A DNA stretch of 64,000 nucleotides from Octopus sinensis (taxonomy: Eukaryota), in assembly GCF_006345805.1 (NCBI RefSeq), contig NC_042997.1:156550001-156614000 (forward strand). The letters are read 5' to 3'. This document shows, one piece after another, positions 50,931 through 63,891 of the stretch; within the stretch, counting starts at the first letter, position 1, and every line of letters begins with the position of its first letter. A program made the translations under genes and the position numbers. The notes beneath the pieces are model-generated. The model searched no databases. It worked only from the letters and a program-made list of their open reading frames with translations, and had not been told where the DNA came from.

Positions 50931-52899
50931 ATTATACCAATGCGTATCTTCGAAAAGTAGTTTCAAGTAAAAAATGTGAAAGTACTGGTGATTGAATAAA
51001 TCATTACTTGACAATAAAAACATGTGTCTCGTTTAATTTATTTTTAAATGTCACTGTTCTGCTTACCAATATTTTATATGCTTGAACTTTCAAATAAAGA
51101 ATAACTGCTTTGTACATTTTCAGTCTCTGTTCCTTGTTTCTCTCTATTGCATAACCTGACTCACTAACTTCTAATTGATAAAGATAAATCATATATCTTA
51201 CCAGCTCACATTATCACTTCAGCACTTCAGCACTTGCCAGGAGCTGTCTTCGTATAGGATGAAAACACGCAAATTATATTGATGTATTTGCAGTTAAAAT
51301 CTTCTTATCGTCTGGCTAATGGAGAGATGCTAATTTTCTCTTAATACCCAAGCCACATACTGCAGCCCTTCAGACCTTGAATGATGTTTCCATGGTTCCA
51401 AGTTTCAAATCTGAAAATAATGATACATGTATGCATGCTTACATACATACATACATACATACATACACATACTCACGCATATGCATACATACACAAACAC
51501 ACAAATACATACATGCATACACACATACATATATACACACATACATTAGATCATGGCATCATCAATATCAGACATGCAAGCATAGAGGACCGTTTATGAA
51601 TGTTTCCTTTTTCAAAAATGCCAACTCCTCCAGCCTAAATCAGTAACTTGTTTACTTCTTCTGTTATGAATGAATGAAAAATTTTTTACTTACCAATGTA
51701 GCATTATTCAAACCAGATTACAAAATATATCTTATACTGCATAGAACCTTACTAATATGACCATGACTGATATAGATAACAATAACAACAACACCAACAC
51801 CAATACCAACTGTAGTAACACTAGGACACCTGTTAAGATGACATAAGTACTCTTCCTATTTCTATTGGTATTTATATGTAAATCAAGATCTACTTTGATG
51901 CTCTGAAAAAGCCTGGGATGACCCTTATATTTTCTATATGAAGTGGCTAAAAAGTACTGGGGTGGAACTTGCCCAAACTTAAACTATTTAAAGTAAAACA
52001 GCTTCAGCAATATGTATTTTTCTTTGCCATAAAAAAAAATGGTTATCACATATGGCAATTGCTATTCTAACTCTTGTGATCCTCTCAAAATACTGAGAAC
52101 CAACTGAAGTTTGCCATAAGAGAGGTGAACCATTGCTACCATCTCTAAATTTTCATATATCTCCACATGTAACTGATTCAACAGAAATGACTGTGGAATA
52201 TATTTAATTTAAGAACATTTTGAAACCTCAGTTCATAAAAATCTTTTCTAGTTTTTGTAAGCTGTCATTGAGTGATAAACTATTCTTTAAGAGATTAAAG
52301 AAAAAGCTAACTGCTCTCATTCTAAAAGTTATCAGTTATGTGGCTGGAGAGCACATGGAATCATGCGATGTTAATCACTGGACAATTAATACCTTCCTAT
52401 AAAGGGTAAAGACTCCCTTTGGTCATGAGTGACCATGGGATTACACCTACAAAGTTCCCCTCCAAGGCACAAGTCCAGGCATATCAACCTCTCCTCTCCA
52501 CACCACTGATGTTATCCAAGAGAAAGGAAAAAGTTGATACAGTTTGTGAAATAAACTGTCTTGCTCAAGAGCACAACTCACAGCCTGGTCTGGGAATTGA
52601 ACTCACTACTCCATGATTGAGATCCTGATGCTCTAACCACTGAGCCATGTGTCTTCATATACACAGCTGCTATTACTGTTAAACATCTCAGGGCAACCTG
52701 CAATGCATCAACAATATGTGCTGTAGAATTGGATGATTAATCAAGATAATAAAATCTAAGGGAAATAATGAGTCCATGCCCCATCAATTACATATGTCAA
52801 AAATAAAACTCTATAATGACTCTTCATATCAAGTTCTTGAGGGATCCTTTCACCACTCACAAGCTCTTTTTCCTTTATCTTCAAAATACTAGTAAAACT

Positions 52900-53290
52900 C
52901 TTCTGCCAGATGACACAATTCATGGAAGAGGGACACCCAGGGAGACATGGGACAAAGCATTGAAGGCTGATCTCAAAACACAGAGATGACAGAGGACCAA
53001 GATACATGGTGCATTGTTGCACTCAAGAAAACTGACCCACCACAACAGAATTGAGATCTTAAAACCAAGGTGCCACATAAAAAGCATTGGTGTGTGTGCT
53101 GGTGCCAAGTAAAAAGCATCCAGTACATTATGTAAAGTGGTTGCCGTTAGGAAGAGCATTCAGCCACAGAAAACAAACCAAAACAGACTATGGAAACTGG
53201 TGCAGCCCCTGGCCTTGCTAGTTCTTGTCAAACCATTTAACCCATGCCAGTATGGAAAACGTATGCTAAATGTTGATGATGATGATGATT
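52900..53290 (+). mobile_element. RTE (BovB-like) LINE 3' end
   Basis: GRGTPRETWDKALKADLK...EDQDTW, then the shared 3' UTR and (GAT)n tail. Confidence 0.75.
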
Positions 53291-54256
53291 ATTCTAGTAC
53301 TTGACTGTTACTTATTTTGTCAACCTGAGAAAGGGTGAAAAGCAAAGCTGACCACAAGATTTGAATGCAGAACGTATGGAAATGTAACAAAACAATGCAA
53401 TTTTTGTCTAAAGGTGTAAGGTTTATACCAATCCATCACACTAAAGATTGTTTAATATGAATGAAATAATTCTTTTTTCTTTTTTTTTGGAATGTTGGAT
53501 CTCAAAATAGATAAAGCTATAAATAATAGTGTGTAAATATTGAGTCAAAATATCCTTTGGACTGAAAAAGTCATATCATGAAAATTTTTTGAAAACAATT
53601 ATTCAAAAAACAGTTATTTGAAATAAATATCATTTGTGTACTCAATTTTTAAATTTTATCATTTTTGTTTAAATAAAATAAGAAATTTAGAATAATTAAC
53701 ATTTCATATAAATGTCCTTTTGAATAATTTTCATTCATACAATTTTCCATTCGAATAAATGTTTTTCGAACAATTGTTTCCAAATAATTGTTTTCGAATG
53801 ATTATTTTCGAACAATGTTCACATAATTGAAAAAGTCAAAGGCTCTCACAGCAAACCAGGAATTATTTCGCATTCTCTCAAAGTTTATAAATTCTTATAG
53901 ACAAAGGTGTACTAAATTTGCAGCATATAACACAATGCAACTTATGAGAGATGCAAAATCAAATTTAAATAGGTTTCTTTAAGTTCAGACATTTGCATTG
54001 TAACAACACAGCTCACTGACTCCACTTCATTGATGTTTTCAATGATATATATGATCAGATGATATGCCTTAACACTATTTCCATCCAATCAGTGGCTGCC
54101 ATTCTTTTTACACCTTTTTGACAGTTTCTGGACAAAAACTTCAAAAGATTATTTAACTTGAAAAAAAAAAAAAATCAGCTCAACCAACACATCAAATTTT
54201 ACTAGTTAAACGACCCTGTTACACAGATATAGCAGAAGACTTGTAAGAAAAATTAC

Positions 54257-54829
54257 CATGGCTGTGTGGTAAGTAGCTTGCTTACCAACCACATGGTTCC
54301 GAGTTCAGTCCCACTGCATGGCACCTTTGGCAAGTGTTTTCTACTATAGCCTCGGGCTGACCAAAGCCATGTGAGTGTATTTGGTAGACGGAAACTGAAA
54401 GAAGCCTGTTGTATATATGTATGTATATATATGTATGTGTGTGTGTATATGTTTATGTGTCTGTGTTTGTCCCCCCCAACATCGCTTGACAACCGATGTT
54501 GGTGTGTTTACGTCACCGTAAGCTAGTGAACAGGTACTAGGTTTCCAAAGAATAAGTCCTGGAGTCGATTTGCTCGACTAAAGGCGGTGCTCCAGCATGG
54601 CCACAGTCAAATGACTGAAACAAGTAAAAGTAAAAGTATATTTTAAATGTGTATAAGGAACTCTTGTCAAAACTTAGGTTAAAAAAACAGGGGAGTTTCT
54701 TATACATGGATAGTATTAAAATCCCATAAAAAACCTTGGGCAAGTGTCTTCTACTATAGCTTTGGGCTGACCAAAGCCTTGTGAGTGGATTTGGAAGACG
54801 GAAACTGAAAGAAGCCCGTCGTATATATT

Positions 54830-54922
<93 letters not shown>

Positions 54923-55148
54923 TATATAAATATAAATATATATATATATGTATATATATATATGTATGTGTGTGTTTATGTTTGTGTGTCTGTGTTTGTC
55001 CCCCAACATCGCTTGACAACCGATGCTGGTGTGTTTACGTCTCTGTCACTTAGCAGTTCAGCAGTCCTGGGGTCGAGTTCTTCAACTAAAGGTGGTGCTC
55101 CAGCATGGCCACAGTCAACTGACTGAAACAAATAAAAGAGTAAAAGAG
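54257..55148 (+). mobile_element. Two family-A SINE copies (about 54257-54640 and 54735-55148)
   Basis: Core and tail motifs as at 4241. Confidence 0.8.
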
Positions 55149-55914
55149 AGTATTCCATCTCTTTGAAATATGAACTTGGTGATAAGAACCGATATACTTT
55201 TACAGTTTTACATGATTGGTAATTTCAGTAATTTCAAATGTGATTTCATTTTTTTACGTAATAGGATTCTTGCTACTAATATTTTTTTTATCTTTTATCT
55301 TGGACTGTATTCTGTTTTGGTGATTAGTTTCAACTGTTCTGTCTTTTTCATTATGCACTATGCTTCTGGCTATTATTTTCATCCAATGCTTTAATCAGTT
55401 CTCATTCATTGAAATCTATCTGATTTTCTTTAACAAGTTTAATTACTTATAAAATATGATTATTCACTCCAATTTATCATATTTTGCCAATAATTGGATT
55501 GAGTGGCATCAATCTATTAATAGATTTGTCTTCCTAACACAGATATGATTAAAGAAATATGATGAAAGAATGATCTTATTTTCAGAAACATTTACTTAAC
55601 TCCAATAAATGAAAGTGTTTTGATGATGAAGATATGTGAAATAGGGATTTCTATTATAGACAAAATGAAACATATATAGGTAAAGGAAGCAACTTACTAG
55701 TATTACTTTTGTTGAGTCCAGAAGGATGAAACTCTACGATTTGTTGAAAATTACAGGCAACTTTCTGATCATGATATAAGAGACCAGATTACAAAGTTTA
55801 ATCTTTATTATTTCTCTCATTTACATTCTAAATACCATTAATATGACACAATGTCATCTGAGACATTATGCTTTTGTAAAAAATTAATTCAGAGGGTGCT
55901 TAACTCAATGGCAT

Positions 55915-56362
55915 AGCTTGAGTATGTGCAGCTCAGAGTGTGTGTAGCCCAGAGAGTGTGCAGCCCAGAGTGTCTACAACCTAGAGTAAGTGCAGCCCAG
56001 AGTGTGTTCAGCCTAAAGTTTGTGCAGTTCAGAGTGTGTGCAGCCCAGAGTGTATGCAATGCAGAGTGATTGCAGCACAGAGAGTGTGCAGTCCAGAGTG
56101 AGTGAAACCCAGAGTGTCTGCAGCCCATTGTGTGTACAGCCCAGAGTGTATGCTGCCCTGAGTGAACACAGCCCAAAGTGTGTGTAGCCCAGAGTGTGTA
56201 CAGACCAGAGTGTGTGCAGCCCAGAATGAGTGCAATCCAGAGTGTATACAGCTCAGAATGTGTGTAGCCCAGAGTGTGTAACAGACCATAGTGTGTGCAG
56301 CCCAGAATGAATGCAGCCCAGAGTGTGTACTGTCCAGAGTGTGTGCAGCTCAGAGTGTGTGC
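55915..56362. repeat. Minisatellite of CAGCCCAGAGTGTGTG-type units (16-20 bp)
   Basis: About 25 degenerate tandem units read directly. Confidence 0.9.
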
Positions 56363-58152
56363 CATTCTTAAGTTTGCATCATGTCCTGCTCCCCCTATAG
56401 AGGCTTATACAGGAAACCCTAAAGTGCCAATCCCATAAAAGCATCATCCAGGGCAGACATCTTCCTATCCTTACCAAACTCTGGGCTTAATTACATCTCT
56501 TTTAAAGTAGATCACCATAACCCTTTATCATTCAGATTATTCTGTCAGAGGAAATCTTATTTATTCACATCATTTTGAATTAATTATCCATTAACTTGTT
56601 ACTTTGAGATTTTGATGATGCATTTTTCAGTTTTAGAATAACATTGTATTGTAGGTGTGAGAATCTAAATCTGACTGGTTTTTACTATAAAACTGGTGGA
56701 ATATTTGGGCTGGGTATGGCCAGTTAAAGCACTAAAGAGTTAAATTCAGTTGGATGATATTATTTTGTATTAATCTTTAATGTCTTCTTGTAGGTTCTAC
56801 TGAAATTTTAAAGAAATGTCATCATTTTCTATTAGAATTCAGATGTTGGATTCTTCTAAAATCTAAACTATTTTATTCAAATATTATTTTATATGAAGCT
56901 CAATTAATATAATACATGAAACCTTTTTGATACCAACCTGCCCGAGACTACCCCAGGTTCAATGATACAAACTTACTGTTTTTAAGTAATTTAAATTATC
57001 ACCTTCTCTCACAATACTATCCCAATTAATGTTCCAAACTCTAGCTTAACAATAACAAAATTATTTAATTCTTTATCATTTTAAAAATTTATTGAAACTA
57101 AAATAGTGTATTTCAAGAGAAACATGGTAATAAAAGGGCTAATCTTTACAACTACAATGTCCAACCATAAACCAAAATAGAAAATTATTGTTCCAGAAAT
57201 TTCCTACGATTTCATCTTAAAATCTCTAACTGACCCAGATAAACACAAAACAATAAAACAGCTGTACTATTGAATGCTCTGCTGGAAAAGATCAGTTGGG
57301 TGACCAATATCTATTATAAATATTAAAACATTTTGAGTTTATCTGGGTCAAACAATTTTAGACTACAATTGTAGAAGTTTATTGGAGTAATGTTCATGAA
57401 TCTTATGTATGTGTATATGTGTGCATGTGTGTGTGTGTGTGTGTGTGTGTGTAGGCATGGGCTATGGCTATTAAGAGGTTTGCTTCATAACCATATTTTT
57501 GGTTTTAGGTTCAGTCCTATTGCACCTTGGGCAAATGTCTTCTACTATAGACTAGACTAACCAAAATCTTGAAAGAGAATTTGGAAACTTAAAAGAATCC
57601 TGTTATGAATGTGTGCGCGCGCATGTGTGTGTGTGTATATTTTAATATAATCTGGGTAAAAAAACCTTGTAGTGTGCTTTCCAAAGCTCTTCCTCTGAAA
57701 TTCGCTACCAAATGCCATCATACAGTAGGACTTTCTTCTCACAGGACATACACATTGAGAGCCTTAAATATCCATACAGCTTATACAAAAATATTAACAG
57801 AAAATGGATTGAATATGCTTTATTACCCCCCCCCCACTTCTAGTGTTTCAATACATCACTAACAGCTGTTCATTACTAAGTATCAAATATGTTATAAATA
57901 ACACATTGTTCTAATTGTTATTATTCAGCAATACCAGCAGATGCATTCATAACAGGATTCTTTTTAGTTCCAGAAAATCTCTGTTAAATCAGTCTTTTCT
58001 TTCACTCATTATATATCCACACCATTTTCTTTTTTTAGCAATCTAGACAAAAACAAACAGAAAAAAAATATCAAAAATAAACATCATACTCATTGAAACA
58101 TAAACCGCAAGCATATCATCCTTGGCTGGAATTTTATATATATATATATATA

Positions 58153-58188
<36 letters not shown>

Positions 58189-58213
58189 CATACATACATA
58201 CATACATACATAT

Positions 58214-58270
<57 letters not shown>

Positions 58271-58710
58271 CATATATATATATATTAGGAAGTTAAAAGT
58301 TATGGCCAGCGACCATTGGTTTCACAACCTATAACATGCCTAGCAACTCATCAGACTCAAATGGCTGAAGGCACATAGCCTCTCTAGAAACTGGAAGAAG
58401 AAATATGTAATGAGTAGTTGGTTCTGTGAACAAAAAATATTTGTTCATGCTGCAGGTGAGAGAAGGTTAGCAGGACAGGGTTAGTGGGATGGGATTAATG
58501 GGACAGGAGTAGCAGGACAGGATTAGTGGTATGGGGTTATCCCCCTTACATGGTGAATTTGGAGGAGCTCTGGTAGGACTATCCAACGAATGGGGAATCC
58601 CAAGTCTGAAGCAGGAAACCTTTTAGATGTGGGCATTGATTGAATACTTCATTCCTGGAGTTTGAAAAGGTTCCCAGGTCAAGTGATTTTTTCAGAATTC
58701 GTGACCTTTT

Positions 58711-58743
<33 letters not shown>

Positions 58744-58744
<1 letters not shown>

Positions 58745-59348
58745 ATTTATATATAGAGGGCATTATTATACATACATGCCACACGCTAAGAGGGACATTA
58801 GTAATTTCTACCAAAAATTTTACTAATCCTACCCAAATGCAATTTTTCAAAGCAAGACATTTAAAAAAATGAATTTAGTCTTGTATCACCTGTGATTTCG
58901 TACTTACGTACTCATCAGCAAGACTGGTTCTGAACGCATCATAGATAAACGACCTGTCTCGTCGAAGCCAAACAGCTAACTGTTCAACCCCAACAAAGCA
59001 CATGGGGAAGTTTACATATAATACATCCGGTAAATGGCAGGCTTCTTCGAATTGCATTTCAGGTAGGAAAAGTTTTTTCGGAATAAAATTAATTAACAAT
59101 TAAGGATAACTTCTTAATAAGGAATCTTAACAAGAAAATTAGTAAAATTAGTAAAATTTTTGGTAGAAATGACTAATGTCCCTCTTAGCGTGTGGCATGT
59201 ATGTATAATAATGCCCTCTATATATAAATTAATATGTTCAATAAGAAAGAATTATTTTCGAAATTTTTCTCTTATGAGGTTTTTCACGCTATCTACCCGA
59301 TAATTTCTTGTTAAGATTCATTATTAAGAAGTTATCCTTAATTGTTAA
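58744..59348 (-). mobile_element. Non-coding element with crossed inverted repeats and an intact hammerhead
   Basis: A 58744-58827 / A' 59147-59230; B 59093-59137 / B' 59304-59348; microsatellites on both flanks. Confidence 0.75.
58877..58925 (-). ncRNA. Type I hammerhead ribozyme, all core nucleotides intact
   Basis: AGUCUUG-CUGAUGA-GUAC GUAA GUAC-GAA-AUCAC AG GUGAU-A-CAAGACU; 7-bp stem I, 4-bp stem II, 5-bp stem III, AUA cleavage triplet. Confidence 0.9.
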
Positions 59349-59351
59349 AGT

Positions 59352-59387
<36 letters not shown>

Positions 59388-59388
59388 T

Positions 59389-59447
<59 letters not shown>

Positions 59448-59668
59448 AACAAATGAGATCCACAAATGCTCACTATAGAAGACACTTAGTAGTGCTCAAA
59501 TGATTTGAACTTACTCCAAAATCTTTACCAAGGACCAAGTCCATGGGGTTAAAGAGAAGCTAAAAGAGTAATCCAAGTGAGCAAATATGGAGATAATGAT
59601 GCAAATAAACAAATAAAACTGTATGGGTTAGATATTGAAAAAAATACACATAAAAATCTACCTGTTTG

Positions 59669-59790
59669 CTCTGAAGATGGAGGCTGGGTTTATCCAATGT
59701 TTATATGCTTCCATTACTGATTGCATATATTTCTGAACTACATCTGTCAACACCATGAAGTAACTTCAAGCCCCCAGAAACAGCTGTCAG
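59669..59790 (+). ncRNA. Hammerhead motif with long stem II insertion
   Basis: CUGAAGA-UGGAGGCU...AGCCCCCA-GAA-ACAGCUGU-C; stem I only about 2 bp. Confidence 0.55.
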
Positions 59791-60010
59791 ACCTTTAACA
59801 CCATACCTTTTCCCCTTTAATTTTCTGTATCTTTGTACTTTGTGTAAGTTTGCCCTGTAAATATATAAATATTCATATATTTATAATTGAATATCCATCG
59901 ACTGAAAGTTTTCAGTCTTTGCTCTTTCTCTATTTTCATGTATACACATATGTGTATATTTTGTATATCAAAAATTTTATTTGTTTATTTGCACCATTAT
60001 CTTTCTCTCC

Positions 60011-60104
<94 letters not shown>

Positions 60105-60523
60105 TATACATACATATATATATATTTGATTCATTCTCAGTCGAAAGACACCTGTTGTTATATTCTTGTTGTTTGTATTTGTAATTGAGTACCATGTGCT
60201 CCATTTTTTGTCTTTGATGCTGAACACATTCGCTTATTTTCTTACAAAAAGGTCTAATACTCTTAGCTTAGACGTTTTTGGAGGCAACCATATCGAACTG
60301 TCTCAAGTGTAACTGCCTGAAACAGTAAGAACTTCTGGTATACTTCAATGAGGAAAGAAGGCACATCTTTCTTTGCTTGTTCTTCTAATTGTTGTTTCTC
60401 CTTTGTATCATCTATCTGTCCAAATGTTTTATTGTCCTCTATTGCACTTTTATTCCATTTCATATATATATATATACATACATGCATATATACATATATA
60501 TATGAATATATATATATATATAT

Positions 60524-60586
<63 letters not shown>

Positions 60587-60749
60587 AAGAAAAAGAAAAT
60601 GGAGATTGGGAAGTTAATCATCATCATCATTTAACGTCCGCTTTCCATGCTAGCATGGGTTGGACGGTTCAACTGGGGTCTGGGGAGCCCGAAGGCTGCA
60701 CCAGGCCAGTCAAATCTGGCAGTGTTTCTACAGCTGGATGTCCTTCCTA

Positions 60750-60974
60750 GTTGTTTATTATTAACAACAAATTAATCGTCATCCCCTACAGCTGTTTCAA
60801 TTAATACTCAGTAAATATTAAGTAAATATTAAATTCATATGCCTTGAGCATAATATCTTCAGAAGGAAAAATATATGCTCAGGGCATATAAATTTAATAT
60901 TTAATTAATTCATTGTGTATTAATTGAAACAGCTGTAAGGAATGATGATTGATTTGTTGTTAATAATAAACAAC
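60750..60974. repeat. Hairpin (about 100-bp arms) built around a hammerhead core
   Basis: Arms 60750-60852 / 60874-60974; loop holds CUGAAGA (minus strand) and each arm holds GAAACAGCTGTA. Confidence 0.75.
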
Positions 60975-61597
60975 ATCCCAATCTCCATTTTCTTTTTCTT
61001 CTTTTATATGAATATAAACTATATGGTTTTATATATGTATACCTATCATTCTAAGGAAATTAATTCCCCAAAAATACTAGGTATTGAACCAGTATTTCCT
61101 TGGATGAAACCATCCCTTTATGAGGTTAACACAACCTCTAATTGAATTCATATATATATATCATCATCATCATTTAACGTCCGTTCTCCATGCTAGCATG
61201 GGTTGGACGGTTCGACCGGGGATCTGGGAAGCCAGAAGGCTGCACCAGGCTCCAGTCTTATCTGGCAATGTTTCTACAGCTGGATGCCCTTCCTAACGCC
61301 AACCACTCCGTGTATATATATATAATAGAAGAGTAAAATTTATTAATTAAATTAATTAATTAATTAATCAATTAATTAACAATTTTACCAAGTAGATCAG
61401 TATGTTAAAATAACCTTTATAGGTAAAATTATCTATATAATTATAATTAGGGTTCAGCTAACTGCTTCCCCACATACCGAAATTAGAAATAGGAGTTAAA
61501 AAATTCTCTTTCTGCTACTATAAGAATCTCCATGACAATAAACATACTTTTTTATGAAGGCAAAGAGAAAAACAACGAATCAACACGACTAGGATTA

Positions 61598-61660
61598 ATT
61601 ATATGCATGTTTCGAGATTAAAGTAATTTAAATTTTATTTACTTCTCTCTTCAGTATAAT
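61598..61660 (-). ncRNA. Hammerhead motif, one substitution from intact
   Basis: AUUAUA-CUGAAGA-GAGA.AGUAA...UUACU.UCUC-GAA-ACAUGC-A-UAUAAU; U16.1 replaced by C. Confidence 0.7.
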
Positions 61661-63844
61661 ATTTCCAATTTTTATAAAACTTTCAAATTTTATAAAAATG
61701 TCTGTTTTGGCTTAGTTTCCATGACTGGATGCCCTTCCTAATGCCAACCGTTTGATAGAGCGTACTGGGTGCCTTTACACAGCACTGGCATGGGTGAGTT
61801 TACGTGGCACCTGTACAAGTGCTTTTTATATGGCACCAGCACCCATGAGCCCACAAAATTAGGAACGCTCAGCTGGAAGGGGATGCAGGGGCATCCCTGT
61901 ATATTAGGACAACTATACTCTTGCTTAGCTTGATTTGTTTTCTCAAGCACAGCAGCAAACTGTCAAGAGTTGCAGTCCCTTGTTATCCACTCTGTGAGAA
62001 GCCCAACATCTGAAGATCCTTTCTCACCACTTCATCCCAGGTTTTATTCTCTCTATAATTAGAGATTGGCACCTGCACTTATAGAGGGAAAGCTGCAAGT
62101 TTTTATTGTGAATCTAACATGAAAATTATAAGAAGGGTTCACAATGAACTTAATTCCTACTCTGAGTTGTCTGTACAAGGAGCAAGGAAATGAATCGCCA
62201 TAAACATCATACAATTTTAGATAAGTTCTTCAGTGTTCGAGTAAATATTGATGATGATGAACTCTAAGATAGTAGGTAATGGTCCTCGTTCTCCTAGTAA
62301 CTCTTATTTTACACCCTCACACTGTAGTCATAATCTTTTGTGGTAAGGATGTATCCTATTACCATATTACAATTCTTATTTGTTTCCTTATGTATTTCAC
62401 TTCAAATGTTTTTATGTATAAATATTATTCTATATATATTTAGAAACTATTCTCGTATATAAAAGTGGCTGTGTTGCTTCCTTGTTTTTTTTTTTTTGTT
62501 GCTTTCCTTTAAAAAAATCGGAATGGATTACTCCTGTAACTCAGAGATTCCTCTGAGTGCATGTGCATACACACACACAAAACTGAGACTCGCGACTCAA
62601 GTTTCGGTTTCAATAAAAGACAAACATATCCTCTACAGTATGTATTGAGCACTTCTCTCAGATCAGATAAATAGCAAAGTATGTATATATGTGCATGTGT
62701 ATGTATATATGTATAAATATGTATATATGTGTATATATATGTAATAGATGATATTAATTAGTAAACAATAATATGGGAAGACTATAGTCGATACACAGTA
62801 GGATAGAATGTAATCTGTAAAGATTGGTTCTTCATTGATAGCCATTATGTAAAGATGAAAGAACAGTGATTGAAGTTGTGAAGAAAATATTTATTTCCCG
62901 TTACATTGAATATAATACCTTGCTTCGACAGGCAGATGATAAAATCTTAGAGTGTGCGAAATAAAAAAGTTAATTTTGGCCTGTGTGTTCCTATTGTAGT
63001 AGTAAACCATAGAGAGATATGGTAATGTGCACAGAAGACAAAGTGAGTTAGTAAAAGTGAGAAAGTGTGGGAAGTTGGGTCTCATTGCTGCTGACAGTAA
63101 ATTTCATTTCTCCATTTGACCATTGTCTTTAGTAGCTGCCTTGCTTTGGATCATGATTCTAGCATTCTGCTCCCTTACTGATGGTAGCTGTCTCTGACTT
63201 GAGTTTGTCATTCATTAACTAACTGGAGCCTAGCCGACTAACTCAGTTATCACCAAGTCACTGAGTTTTGCTTGGGGTTCTTGCTTTTATAACTATCCAG
63301 AAGGACAGACTTATCGCTGAGAACAATGGATTTAGTTGGTGGTCTTGTTATCTTATTTCTAGCTTTTGGTGAAATAGAAGAGGTTAGAAAGGTCAAGTGG
63401 TGATGACATTATTTCGGCCTAGCAAAAGCAATCTGGCAAATGTAAAACTGCTGTCACAGGAAAATTATTGTTTTACCGTGAGAAAAATTCTGTTGAAGTG
63501 TTAATTTAAATTTGGCTATGATGGATCGAATCCACTTCATGCTTGCAAGATTTATTACAGATATATACACACACACACACATCCGACAAATGCTGAAAAG
63601 TTCCTGGTTTTGGGTAAAAGAAAATACAGGAGGATCAGTTAATTATGACTTTATTCAACATATTTCCCTCTTGGATTCATACACTTATTGCAGCGGTCGT
63701 CCAGTTTTTCTAAGCCCTGTAAAAAAAAAAAAAAAATACTCGGAAGGTAGGGCCTCCAGCCAAGCCTTTCGCGACACCCTTAAAGCCAGGAATATACGCA
63801 TATACATACGCATGTATATGCATTTATGCATGCACACACCCACT

Positions 63845-63891
<47 letters not shown>

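Noticed and set aside
51067-51205. Apparent minus-strand exons with gtaag donors
   Set aside because: Implied intron is only 31 nt and the upstream segment has stops in all three frames
59093-59230. DIRS-type internal complementary region
   Set aside because: Order is complementary to start+end rather than the end+start circle junction, and there is no tyrosine recombinase or RT
63359-63409. Short minus-strand ORF containing PLDLS
   Set aside because: Stops after 16 codons; all frames downstream are closed
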